Shown here one piece after another: positions 18,685-27,654 of a stretch of 32,000 bases of DNA (position 1 is the stretch's first letter; each line of letters begins with the position of its first letter). The DNA comes from Alkanindiges illinoisensis DSM 15370 (lineage in GTDB: Bacteria > Pseudomonadota > Gammaproteobacteria > Pseudomonadales > Moraxellaceae): positions 730,064-762,063 of the forward strand of contig NZ_JHUX01000003.1 of NCBI RefSeq assembly GCF_000619845.1, read 5' to 3'. The notes below the pieces were generated by a model. It saw only the letters and a list, made by a program, of their open reading frames with translations. It searched no databases and was not told the origin of the DNA. Made by a program: the position numbers and the translations under genes.

Positions 18685-19695
18685 GTGGATAATTTAACCA
18701 TCGAACAAGAAACATTAAATGAGGCAGTGCAGCATTTACAGACGATTCGTGATTTTATCCGGTTTGGTGTCACCGCCTTACGCAGTTATGAGGTGCATCT
18801 GGGGCAGGGCACTGAAGACTTTTTTGCTGAAAGCGCCGCAATGGTATTGCAAAGCCTGTCACTGGAATGGTCTGCCGACGAACAAATTCTGGATGCCAAG
18901 CTATTACCTTCTGAAAAACAGCGCATTATTGAGGTATTGGAAAAACGCATCAACCAGCGTATTCCACTGGGCTATTTGCTGAATTTATCCTATTTTGCCG
19001 GACAGCCGTATTATGTGGATGAACGTGTATTGATTCCACGTTCGCCAGTTGCCGAGCTGATTGAAAACCAGTTTAACCCGTTCTTTAGCAATGGACTGGC
19101 CAATGCACAAGGTGGCGTGAACCAGTTACCGCATACCGATCATCCGATTGAACCCTCCCGCATGCTGGATTTATGTACTGGCTCTGGCTGCATTGCCATT
19201 GCACTGGCTTATGCTTTTCCGGATGCCACAGTGGATGCCGTGGATATTTCCCGTGATGCGCTGGAAGTCGCGGCCATTAATGTGGACTATCACACCAAGG
19301 AAGATCAGGTTTCCCTGATTGAATCCAACTTGCTGGAAAAAATTCCGGCCCAGCGCCAGTATGATCTGATTATCAGCAATCCGCCTTATGTGGATGCTGC
19401 CGATATGGCCGATTTGCCACAAGAATTCCTGCATGAACCTGAGTTGGCATTAGCCGCGGGCCGCGATGGGCTGGATCTGGTGCGTCATATTCTGGCACAG
19501 GCCGCTGATTACCTGACTGACAATGGCTTACTGGTGATTGAAGTGGGAAATAGTGAATGGGCATTGCGCCAGGCATTCCCAAAAATCAAATTCCACTGGC
19601 TGCACTTTAATCGTGGCGGTGCGGGTGTATTTGCACTCACTGCACAGGAATGCCGCCAGCATCAGGCAGAATTCAAAGACGCTTTACAGGGTTAA
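18685..19695 (+). CDS. prmB: 50S ribosomal protein L3 glutamine N5-methyltransferase
   Basis: Appears collinear, from memory, with E. coli PrmB (LQTIRDF..., YVDERVLIPRSP, DLCTGSGCIAIALA, NPPYVDA, HEPELALA). GTG start. aroC follows 15 bp downstream, as in the known prmB/aroC linkage. Confidence 0.85.
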   Translation: MDNLTIEQETLNEAVQHLQTIRDFIRFGVTALRSYEVHLGQGTEDFFAESAAMVLQSLSLEWSADEQILDAKLLPSEKQRIIEVLEKRINQRIPLGYLLNLSYFAGQPYYVDERVLIPRSPVAELIENQFNPFFSNGLANAQGGVNQLPHTDHPIEPSRMLDLCTGSGCIAIALAYAFPDATVDAVDISRDALEVAAINVDYHTKEDQVSLIESNLLEKIPAQRQYDLIISNPPYVDAADMADLPQEFLHEPELALAAGRDGLDLVRHILAQAADYLTDNGLLVIEVGNSEWALRQAFPKIKFHWLHFNRGGAGVFALTAQECRQHQAEFKDALQG

Positions 19696-19710
19696 CAGGA
19701 GCAATAAACC

Positions 19711-20802
19711 ATGGCGGGAAACAGTATTGGTCAATTGTTCCGGATCACCACATGCGGTGAATCACATGGGCCGGGTTTAATGGCAATTGTGGATGGTGTG
19801 CCACCGGGACTGGAACTCAGTGAGGTTGATCTGCAAATTGATCTGGATCGCCGTAAACCCGGGACATCCAGTTTTGCGACCCAGCGTAAGGAAGAAGACA
19901 TTGTTGAAATTATTTCTGGTGTATTTGAAGGTAAAACCACAGGAACACCGATTGGTTTACTGATTCGCAATACCGACCAGAAATCCAAGGATTATGGCAA
20001 TATTGCGCAGACATTTCGTCCGGGGCATGCCGATTATACCTATACTCAAAAATACGGTTTTCGGGATTATCGCGGAGGCGGCCGTTCCAGTGCGCGCGAA
20101 ACCGCCATGCGGGTCGCGGCAGGTGCAATTGCCAAAAAATACCTGAAAGAAAAATTCGGTATGCTGATTCGTGGGCATGTCACCCAGATTGGCAATGAAT
20201 TTGCCAATAAGCTGGACTGGAATGAAGTACCCAATAATCCATTCTTTTGTGGTGATGCTGATGCTGTGCCACGCTTTGAAGCATTGGTTACCAGCTTGCG
20301 CCGTGATGGCACCAGTTGTGGCGCTAAGCTTGAAATTCTGGCAGAACATGTACCAGTCGGCTTGGGCGAACCGGTGTTTGATCGTCTGGATGCTGATATT
20401 GCCCATGCCATGATGAGCATTAATGCGGTTAAAGGTGTAGAAATTGGCGATGGCTTTGCTGTGGCAGGCCAGTTTGGTCATGAGTCCCGTGATGAACTGA
20501 CGCCACAAGGTTTCACTGCCAATCATGCGGGTGGCATTTTAGGTGGGATTTCCAGTGGACAAACCATTCGGGTGGCAATTGCACTTAAACCCACTGCCAG
20601 CATTACCACACCCGGTAAAACCATTAATTTGCAGGGTGAAGCAACCGACGTCATTACCAAAGGCCGCCATGATCCGTGTGTAGGCGTGCGGGCAACACCG
20701 ATTGCCGAAGCCATGCTGGCCATTGTACTGATGGATCATTACCTGCGTCATCGTGCGCAAAATGCCGACGTGATTGCGCCATTGGCTGCAATTGGCCATT
20801 AA
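19711..20802 (+). CDS. aroC: Chorismate synthase
   Basis: [23 protein letters not shown]..., [11 protein letters not shown] and GRHDPCVG motifs. Confidence 0.95.
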   Translation: MAGNSIGQLFRITTCGESHGPGLMAIVDGVPPGLELSEVDLQIDLDRRKPGTSSFATQRKEEDIVEIISGVFEGKTTGTPIGLLIRNTDQKSKDYGNIAQTFRPGHADYTYTQKYGFRDYRGGGRSSARETAMRVAAGAIAKKYLKEKFGMLIRGHVTQIGNEFANKLDWNEVPNNPFFCGDADAVPRFEALVTSLRRDGTSCGAKLEILAEHVPVGLGEPVFDRLDADIAHAMMSINAVKGVEIGDGFAVAGQFGHESRDELTPQGFTANHAGGILGGISSGQTIRVAIALKPTASITTPGKTINLQGEATDVITKGRHDPCVGVRATPIAEAMLAIVLMDHYLRHRAQNADVIAPLAAIGH

Positions 20803-20848
20803 AAATTTGCTAGTTGAAACTGGCTTCATATATTAATAGCATAAAAAA

Positions 20849-20876
20849 AGCCCGAACCTTGCGGAACGGGCTTTTA
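20849..20876 (+). terminator. Rho-independent terminator of prmB-aroC
   Basis: AGCCCGaaCC (from 20849), loop TTGC, GGaaCGGGCT (to 20872), followed by TTTT. Confidence 0.6.
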
Positions 20877-21029
20877 GTCGTTTGTTCTAAATCCATGCGT
20901 GAGCATAGATAACAAACTAATTGAGGCTCATCTCAAACTGTCGGGGATTTAACCATAGCCAGTGTACTACGTCAATATGAGCTTCCTTGCTACACTTTTT
21001 TTGCATCACATTTCTAACAGATAGCAATA

Positions 21030-22202
21030 ATGACATCCCCTATTTCAGGTCTGTATAAAATCTCCGGCTTTTACTTTTTGTACTATGCTGTTGTTGGCGC
21101 ATTTATGCCGTACTGGAGCCTGTATCTGGAGGATCAGGGCTTTAATCGTGCCACAATTGGCCTGTTGGCATCCATTACAGTACTGACGCGGATTTTTGCA
21201 CCAATTGCATGGGGCTGGCTGGCAGATCGCACAGGTAAACGCATGCGTTGGGTGCGTCTGGCCACCCTGATGGAATGCATTATCTGGCTGAGTATTTTCC
21301 TGTTGCCCAATACCTTGGGGCATCTGGCTATTTTAATGTTTGTGTTCAGCTTTTTTCAAAATGCCATTTTGGCGCAGTTTGAAGCAGTCACCTTATTCTG
21401 GCTGGGCGCACAACGAGAAAGCCTGTATGGCAAGGTAAGGCGCTGGGGATCTGTTGGTTTTATTGCCGCTGTTTTCATACTGGGCAAGGTATTTGATCTT
21501 ATCAGCATTCATTATTTGCCGATGCTGTTAATGCTGATTGCTGCAATGACGTGGGCATGGACATGGCAGATTGATGAGCCACAGCAGGCACCAAATGCGC
21601 AAAAGCAACTCAGTTCTATTTTTCCGATAATTAAGCAGCCGCAGGTGTGGCGTTTTTTTAGTATTGAATTTTTACTGCTCCTATCTCATGCGCCATTTTA
21701 CAGTTTTTATTCCAATTATTTAAAGGATTATGGCTATAGCACAGGCACAACTGGTTTATTGTGGTCATTGGGTGTGGTGGCCGAAATTGTGATGTTTAGC
21801 CAGAGCCGTCATCTATTGGCGCGTTTTAAACAACATCAGTTGATTGCTTTATGCCTGATAGTAACCTCATTACGCTGGATACTGGTGGCGAGTTTCCCGC
21901 AGTTTTTGAGTGTCCAGATTATTGCTCAGTGCCTGCATGCATTTAGTTTTGGTCTGTTTCATGTGATTGCAATGCGGGTTATTTTTAATCATTTCCTGCC
22001 AGCACAACAGGGGCGTGCACAAGCCTTATATAGCACCATGTGGGGCTTGGGGGTTGCACTGGGGTCATTGCTGGCGGGGCATTACTGGCAGTCTTATGGC
22101 GGCAGTGCCATGTTTTATGCGGCTGCACCGGTGGTATTGCTGGGCCTGTTCTTTTTGTCTCCCCGGTATGTTGTGAAAACGCAATCAGCACTTGACCTTT
22201 AA
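21030..22202 (+). CDS. MFS transporter (12-TM, HcaT/'MFS_1_like'-type by eye)
   Basis: 390 aa and highly hydrophobic. Has the N-terminal FYFLYYAVVGAFMPYWSLYL block and a D-R-x-G-K-R loop (LADRTGKRMR) typical of MFS. No clear SD before the ATG. Confidence 0.8.
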   Translation: MTSPISGLYKISGFYFLYYAVVGAFMPYWSLYLEDQGFNRATIGLLASITVLTRIFAPIAWGWLADRTGKRMRWVRLATLMECIIWLSIFLLPNTLGHLAILMFVFSFFQNAILAQFEAVTLFWLGAQRESLYGKVRRWGSVGFIAAVFILGKVFDLISIHYLPMLLMLIAAMTWAWTWQIDEPQQAPNAQKQLSSIFPIIKQPQVWRFFSIEFLLLLSHAPFYSFYSNYLKDYGYSTGTTGLLWSLGVVAEIVMFSQSRHLLARFKQHQLIALCLIVTSLRWILVASFPQFLSVQIIAQCLHAFSFGLFHVIAMRVIFNHFLPAQQGRAQALYSTMWGLGVALGSLLAGHYWQSYGGSAMFYAAAPVVLLGLFFLSPRYVVKTQSALDL

Positions 22203-22261
22203 GCAAAACGCCTGCACGATCAAAAGCAGGGTTTTTAGTTGATTTTAGAAGATAATTGTTA

Positions 22262-22966
22262 ATGAATAGCATCAAAATGAACAGCAAGGCGCGCTTGCCA
22301 TCAGGCCATAAAACCAGTTTTTTTAAAACCACATCAGCAACAGGTACGGCCTCATTATTAAAACCTTTATGGATTGTACCGTTAGGTTTTGGGTTGTTCT
22401 TAAGCTGTTCATTAACCCATGCAGCCGATCAGACTGCGACGCCCGAACAGGTTACTGCTGCAACAGCTAACAGCAATACGCCCTTGCATGAGCATTCCAG
22501 TGTGGAACCGCAAGCCCTGGCTGTGCAACCTTCGCCTAATCAACCTGCACCAACCTCTGTACCAGAACAATCTGAAAGTGTGGAAGCACCGGAACAGGAC
22601 AACAAGATTGTGATTGTGAGCCGCCCTCAGGTTACCGGCTTATGGGCAATGACTATTCCGGGAGCGCAATGTATTGAATATTATAATTTTATGGAAAAAG
22701 GCGATGTTGTTATAAAAAGCGGCGCAGAGTGGACCTATGGCAAATATGTCTATCAGGTGCCTGCTGTAGCCGAGCCAGGTTCGCCTGTGCTGGCCTTGCG
22801 TATTCAATATGATAACTTGCAAACGGATTGCTCAGGCAATGCCATAGACCAGCGTGGTGAAGACCAGCAGCAATATGTCAAATGGACAGGCCCATCAAGC
22901 ATGGATTTTTGCACCACACAGGACGGTGCGCAGTGTTTTGCTTCACTACGCCGCATATTGCCCTAA
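22262..22966 (+). CDS. Hypothetical secreted protein with a Pro/Gln-rich linker and a 4-Cys C-terminal domain
   Basis: Signal peptide (...LWIVPLGFGLFLSCSLTHA/ADQ), then a low-complexity P/Q/A/E linker, then a roughly 120-aa domain with four Cys. The tracked ORF starts at TTG 22256. ATG 22262 or ATG 22277 is more likely. Confidence 0.55.
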   Translation: MNSIKMNSKARLPSGHKTSFFKTTSATGTASLLKPLWIVPLGFGLFLSCSLTHAADQTATPEQVTAATANSNTPLHEHSSVEPQALAVQPSPNQPAPTSVPEQSESVEAPEQDNKIVIVSRPQVTGLWAMTIPGAQCIEYYNFMEKGDVVIKSGAEWTYGKYVYQVPAVAEPGSPVLALRIQYDNLQTDCSGNAIDQRGEDQQQYVKWTGPSSMDFCTTQDGAQCFASLRRILP

Positions 22967-23019
22967 AACTTAAGCTGGTAAAATTTTAAAAATTAAAAGC
23001 TGAATAATTAATATTTGAA

Positions 23020-24390
23020 TCAGGCCGAAGCAGATGTTTCGGCGTGTTCCTGACGTTTGAGCAGATTTTTTTCCAGATAGTGAATATCCATTGCCTGCCG
23101 GTTAAAGTCAGCGTCGCACAAAATGACATTACGGTGCAGGCTAATGTTGGTTTTTACACCATCAATAATGGTTTCATCCAGTGCCTGACGCAAGCGGGCC
23201 AGGGCAGTAGGCCGGTCTTTGGCGTGGGCAATCAGCTTGCCAATCATGGAATCATAATAGGGTGGAATGCTATAGCCGCTATAAATATGTGAATCAAAGC
23301 GAATACCAGCACCCCCGGGCGCATGAAAATACTTGATAGTGCCGGGTGAAGGCATAAAGGTTTTTGGGTCTTCGGCATTAATGCGGCATTCAATGGCATG
23401 GCCGCAAATCTTGATATCATCCTGAGTAATATCCAGCCCAAGTCCGGCAGCAATCCGGATTTGCTGTTCAATAATATCAATACCGGTAATGCATTCAGTG
23501 ACCGGATGCTCCACCTGAACCCGGGTATTCATTTCAATAAAAAAGAACTGCTCATCTTCAAATAAAAATTCAAAGGTGCCTGCACCGCGATACTGCATCA
23601 GCTCGCAGGCATTCACACAGGCCTCCAGAATATCGGCACGGGCCTGTTCCGGCAGGTCAGGTGCTGGTGCTTCTTCAATCACTTTCTGGTGGCGGCGCTG
23701 TAGTGAACAATCCCGGTCAAACAGGTGAATCGCGCGGCCCATGCCGTCACCCAGCACCTGCACTTCAACATGACGCGGCTTTTGTAAAAACCGCTCCATA
23801 TAGACCGTGTCATCACCAAACCACATTTCAGCATCGCGCTGGGCTGCCTGTACCGATTCCAGTAGCATATCCACACGCTCAACAATACGCATGCCCCGGC
23901 CACCACCGCCAGCGGCAGCTTTTACAATTAATGGAAAACCAATATTTTTGGCTTCATTCAAAGCATTATGGGTGGTTACCGCGCGGGTAGAACCGGGCAC
24001 AGTGGGTACGCCGGCTTTTTTCATGGCCAGAATGGCAGAAACCTTGTTTCCCATCAGGCGAATGTGTTCCGGGCGCGGGCCAATAAAAGTAAAGCCCGAG
24101 TTTTCAACCAGCTCGGCAAATTCTGCATTTTCGGACAAAAAGCCGTAGCCCGGATGAATGGCATCGGCTCCTGTAACCTCGGCTGCACTAATCAGAGCCG
24201 GAATGTTCAGGTAGCTTTCACTGCTGGCACCGGCACCAATACACACCGCCTCATCAACAAAGCGCAAATGCATTAAATCCTTATCGGCGTCGGAATATAC
24301 CCCAACAGTTTTGATCCCAAGCGCTTTGCAGGCCCGGGTAATACGCAGTGCAATTTCACCACGGTTGGCGATAAGGATTTTTTGTAGCAT
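23020..24390 (-). CDS. accC: Acetyl-CoA carboxylase, biotin carboxylase subunit
   Basis: [17 protein letters not shown]..., the ATP-grasp [10 protein letters not shown] motif and [14 protein letters not shown]. Confidence 0.95.
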   Translation of the reverse strand: MLQKILIANRGEIALRITRACKALGIKTVGVYSDADKDLMHLRFVDEAVCIGAGASSESYLNIPALISAAEVTGADAIHPGYGFLSENAEFAELVENSGFTFIGPRPEHIRLMGNKVSAILAMKKAGVPTVPGSTRAVTTHNALNEAKNIGFPLIVKAAAGGGGRGMRIVERVDMLLESVQAAQRDAEMWFGDDTVYMERFLQKPRHVEVQVLGDGMGRAIHLFDRDCSLQRRHQKVIEEAPAPDLPEQARADILEACVNACELMQYRGAGTFEFLFEDEQFFFIEMNTRVQVEHPVTECITGIDIIEQQIRIAAGLGLDITQDDIKICGHAIECRINAEDPKTFMPSPGTIKYFHAPGGAGIRFDSHIYSGYSIPPYYDSMIGKLIAHAKDRPTALARLRQALDETIIDGVKTNISLHRNVILCDADFNRQAMDIHYLEKNLLKRQEHAETSASA

Positions 24391-24443
24391 AACTGGTTAT
24401 TCCAAGATCATTCCATTGCAAAAGCAGCGACAGCGTCTGTGTT

Positions 24444-24854
24444 TCAGGCACGAAACCGGAAAAGGGGCTGGCCATACTGAACTACATCAGCATTCTTCAC
24501 CAGAATTTCCTCAATCACACCGCTATGCGTTGCTTCAATCGGATTCATGATTTTCATGGCTTCAATAATGCCTAATGTGTCGCCAGCCTGCACGGTTTGG
24601 CCAACCTTCACAAAAGGCGCTTCGCCAGGATTTGGGGCCGCATAAAACACACCTACCATTGGAGATGTTTCAATGGCACCGCGCTGGGTACGAACCTGAG
24701 GAGCAGGTTCAGGCATTGCTGCCATGGTAGCTGCAGCAATTACAGGAGTACGACGCGTAAGCGAAATGGATTGATCGCCTTCTTTTACTTCCAGCGCCTG
24801 CAAATCTGATTCAATCATAAGATCAATCAGCTTCTTGATTTTTCGGATGTCCAT
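24444..24854 (-). CDS. accB: Acetyl-CoA carboxylase, biotin carboxyl carrier protein
   Basis: C-terminal biotinyl domain with EAMKIMN (biotinylated Lys), an Ala/Pro linker, and position immediately upstream of accC. Confidence 0.9.
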   Translation of the reverse strand: MDIRKIKKLIDLMIESDLQALEVKEGDQSISLTRRTPVIAAATMAAMPEPAPQVRTQRGAIETSPMVGVFYAAPNPGEAPFVKVGQTVQAGDTLGIIEAMKIMNPIEATHSGVIEEILVKNADVVQYGQPLFRFRA

Positions 24855-24944
24855 GCGGCGTGTTCCAGACTGTGTTGCAATAAAAAGTTAATGGGTTGCC
24901 TGCAGTTGGTATATCACACAGGCAGCAGTTACAAGCTTAGCTGC

Positions 24945-25406
24945 CTACAATGTGGCTTGAGCTGAGCCAAGCCGGTTGATGACATGGCTTAAGGCAAAAT
25001 AATATCCATCAGCACCCAGACCAAAAATGACAGCCTGAGCTTTATCTGATAAATAAGAATGATGACGGAATGCTTCGCGGGCATGCACATTGGATAAATG
25101 CACTTCAATAAAGGGAATTGCTACGCCGAGCAAGGCATCGCGCAGCGCAACCGATGTATGGGTGAGTGCTGCAGGATTAATAATGATAAAACGGATGTGT
25201 TCAGCATAGGCCTGCTGAATACGGTCAACCAGAGCGCCTTCCCAGTTACTTTGAAAACTATCCAGTTGAAAGCCAGCCTGATTCGCTTGTTGTACAAGTT
25301 TTTGATTAATTTCGGCTAGTGTAATACTACCGTAGATTTCTGGTTCCCGTTGCCCAAGCAGGTTAAGGTTGGGTCCATGTAAAACCAGAATATCCGTCAA
25401 GGGCAT
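24945..25406 (-). CDS. aroQ: Type II 3-dehydroquinate dehydratase
   Basis: [37 protein letters not shown] and [17 protein letters not shown] motifs. The aroQ-accB-accC order is the conserved arrangement. Confidence 0.9.
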   Translation of the reverse strand: MPLTDILVLHGPNLNLLGQREPEIYGSITLAEINQKLVQQANQAGFQLDSFQSNWEGALVDRIQQAYAEHIRFIIINPAALTHTSVALRDALLGVAIPFIEVHLSNVHAREAFRHHSYLSDKAQAVIFGLGADGYYFALSHVINRLGSAQATL

Positions 25407-26094
25407 TGTGAGGCTGCTCCAAGTTTACCGTATTACATCACTGTGCAGGGTCAGGCAATCAAGTGACTCATGTCATTGAAAAGTAAGCGATATGATTTTT
25501 AAATTGCAGTTTGAAACATTTACACGGCTGTGCTTAATATTTCTTTCAACTTTGCCAGTTCGCTACAAAAAATGAAATATTCGCGTTACTTCGCAGCAAG
25601 ATACGCAAAAAAAATAATTTTGGCAATGCTAAATTTGACCATTTATCTAAAAAATTATAATTATCTTGTGATGAAAAAGAGCTATTTTGCATGGATTTTC
25701 GGCGAACTGGCAGAAAAATACCATTTTTTGGTTGAGAAAGTGAGATAAGCATAAAGATGATTAATGAAGGGACAGACGTTATAAAAACAGTAAAGCTGTC
25801 GCTAAATCCTTTTAAAGTTAAGCCAGCCTTTATTGAATTTATGCTTAATTATTCCACTCCCAATATGTCACCTTGAATTTCTTTGGCTTTGCAAAGGGGC
25901 AGCAATTTTATCACATTCGGTGATAGCCTACTCAAGCAGATTTTTAATGACCATTTGTAACAGGATAAAGAGTTGGCAGCGCTATATTGCGATTGATTTT
26001 TCTCAAGTACTGAAAACAGTATGCAGTTCTTAGACAAACTAGGAATTCATTGTGGTTTATGCTATCAGCAGATGACAGGAGGCAACGTAATCAA

Positions 26095-26787
26095 ATGAAT
26101 GAAAGTGACTATATTAATATTCTGGTGCACTTGATTAGCGCACTGGTGGCTGGTGCTGCCATTGGACTTGAGCGCAGTTTTCATGGACGGCCTGCGGGTT
26201 TTCGCACCCATACGCTGGTGTGCTTGACCTCAAGTTTGTTGATGCTGGTAACACTGTATCAGAGCCAGTGGATGCCCGGTATTACCCACGATATGATCCG
26301 TATTGATCCTACCCGGACTGCACAAGGCATCATGACGGGTATTGGTTTTCTGGGTGCGGGTGTAATTTTCAAGGAAGGGCTGAGTGTACGCGGCTTGACC
26401 ACGGCTGCTTCAATCTGGATTACGGCAGCCATTGGAATTTTAATGGGAATTGGTTTTTTCTTTCCCGCGGTTATTGCAACCGTGCTGACCGTAGGTATCC
26501 TGTCAGTTTTCCGCCGCATTGAATCATTGATGCCATCACAGATTTATTCCCATCACTGGATACGCTTTGCACGGCATCAGGTAATGGATGAAACTGAGCT
26601 GCGCAGCATGCTTAAAAATTACGGCTTTAGTGTTAATGCTATGAGCTATCATGCTGATCAGGATGATTCATTTCGCTACCAGATGACCGTAAGTACCCTG
26701 AAAGCAGAAAACCTGAATCTCTTAAGTCATGCTTTGCTAAAAATGGAGAATGTGGAAGGTTTTGGCTTATCACCTACAGGTGACTAA
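26095..26787 (+). CDS. MgtC/SapB-family membrane protein
   Basis: N-terminal LISALVAGAAIGLERSFHGRPAGFRTH (MgtC signature), 4-5 TM segments, then a soluble ACT-like C-terminal domain. ATG 26095 is preceded by ACAGGAGG (26075-26082, 12-nt spacer). ATG 26059 and TTG 26050 are in-frame alternatives. Confidence 0.8.
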   Translation: MNESDYINILVHLISALVAGAAIGLERSFHGRPAGFRTHTLVCLTSSLLMLVTLYQSQWMPGITHDMIRIDPTRTAQGIMTGIGFLGAGVIFKEGLSVRGLTTAASIWITAAIGILMGIGFFFPAVIATVLTVGILSVFRRIESLMPSQIYSHHWIRFARHQVMDETELRSMLKNYGFSVNAMSYHADQDDSFRYQMTVSTLKAENLNLLSHALLKMENVEGFGLSPTGD

Positions 26788-26810
26788 TAGCTAATGATCA
26801 CTATTAAATA

Positions 26811-26855
26811 AAAACCTGCCCGATAATAAGTTGTAATTATCAGGCAGGTTTTTAT
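26811..26855. terminator. Strong bidirectional rho-independent terminator between convergent MgtC-family and Lys-rich protein genes
   Basis: AAAACCTGCC(C)GATAAT (26811-26827) pairs with ATTATC(A)GGCAGGTTTT (26836-26852) across an 8-nt loop. An A-run lies on one side and a T-run on the other. Confidence 0.7.
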
Positions 26856-26881
26856 TAATGATCAATCAACACATGAGCAGG

Positions 26882-27325
26882 TTATTTGCTCTTTTTATCC
26901 GTTGATTTCTTTTCTGTCGATTTTTTAGCACTATCCTTTTTAGGAGAGGCTTTTTTATCGTCAGTTTTTTTACTGCTGGACTTAGTGCTGGCTGATTTCT
27001 TGCTATCCGTACCTTTGCTATCAGACTTCTTACTGGCAGTTTTTTTGCTGTCGGTTTGAGAGTCTGATTTGGCTTTAGAATCTGTTTTGGTTTTAGCAGA
27101 CTTTGGTTTTTCAGATTTGGTACTGGCAGACTTGCTGCTCTTGGTTTTAGAATCAGACTTACTCGCTGCCTTTTTCTTGCCACCACCGTCTTGCTTGTTT
27201 ACGGTAGCCCAGGCAATACGCTCAGCGTCATCGGTTGAGCGTCCCTGTTTTTTTTCGCTGTCCTCAATGTGTTCAGCCTGACGTTTTTGCTTGTCGGTAT
27301 ATGCTGATTTTTCTCCACGAGCCAT
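26882..27325 (-). CDS. Small basic protein: conserved-looking about 45-aa N-terminal domain plus a Lys/Ser-rich histone-H1-like tail
   Basis: The N-terminus MARGEKSAYTDKQKRQAEHIEDSEKKQGRSTDDAERIAWATVNKQDGGGKK resembles a small family I recall being annotated as stress-induced/'plasmid stabilization' proteins (recollection, not verified). The last 101 residues contain 35 Lys (my count) in irregular K-S-x-S-K repeats. SD is agtGAGGAActcatcATG. Confidence 0.65.
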   Translation of the reverse strand: MARGEKSAYTDKQKRQAEHIEDSEKKQGRSTDDAERIAWATVNKQDGGGKKKAASKSDSKTKSSKSASTKSEKPKSAKTKTDSKAKSDSQTDSKKTASKKSDSKGTDSKKSASTKSSSKKTDDKKASPKKDSAKKSTEKKSTDKKSK

Positions 27326-27588
27326 GATGAGTTCCTCACTAAGATTAACGACTCTACTGTTTTAACACGGCATAAAACTGTGTCAGTAAATAACTGTCAT
27401 TCTGTGTAGGGCAACTGCAAAGCGTGTAAAGGAAAAATCACTAACAAGCGTTTTAAGCGGAAAATAAGCAGAAATTGGGGCAAAAAAGTAGTGGTGGTAT
27501 GCTTTGAAGCCACTTTAGCTAGAGTGCTGCTATAAGTTTAAAGAACCAGATCAACAGGGGAAGGGCTAGTGTTTAAAAAAGCTTAGGC

Positions 27589-27610
27589 AAAAAAGGGAAC
27601 CAAAGTTCCC
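27589..27610 (-). terminator. Rho-independent terminator of argF
   Basis: The minus strand reads GGGAAC TTTG GTTCCC TTTTTT, 45 nt downstream of the argF stop. Confidence 0.7.
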
Positions 27611-27654
27611 TGAATTGTCTGCCAAAAAATTCCTGATTCAAGTCATCTGAACTG

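Noticed and set aside
25530-26037. ORFs of 62-72 aa on both strands in the aroQ/MgtC spacer (25530-25748 +, 25546-25752 -, 25833-26033 +, 25849-26037 -), and a 39-codon ORF at 25757-25876
   Set aside because: Openness on both strands over the same segments, GTG or weak starts, the absence of an SD and unprotein-like sequences all argue against coding. They are kept only as context for the non-coding-region finding.
26866-27281. Alternative-frame ORFs (106 aa on the minus strand, 70 aa on the plus strand) overlapping the Lys/Ser-rich gene
   Set aside because: They are artefacts of the repetitive AAG/AAA/TCx coding DNA. Only the 26882-27325 frame has an SD and a conserved-looking N-terminal domain.
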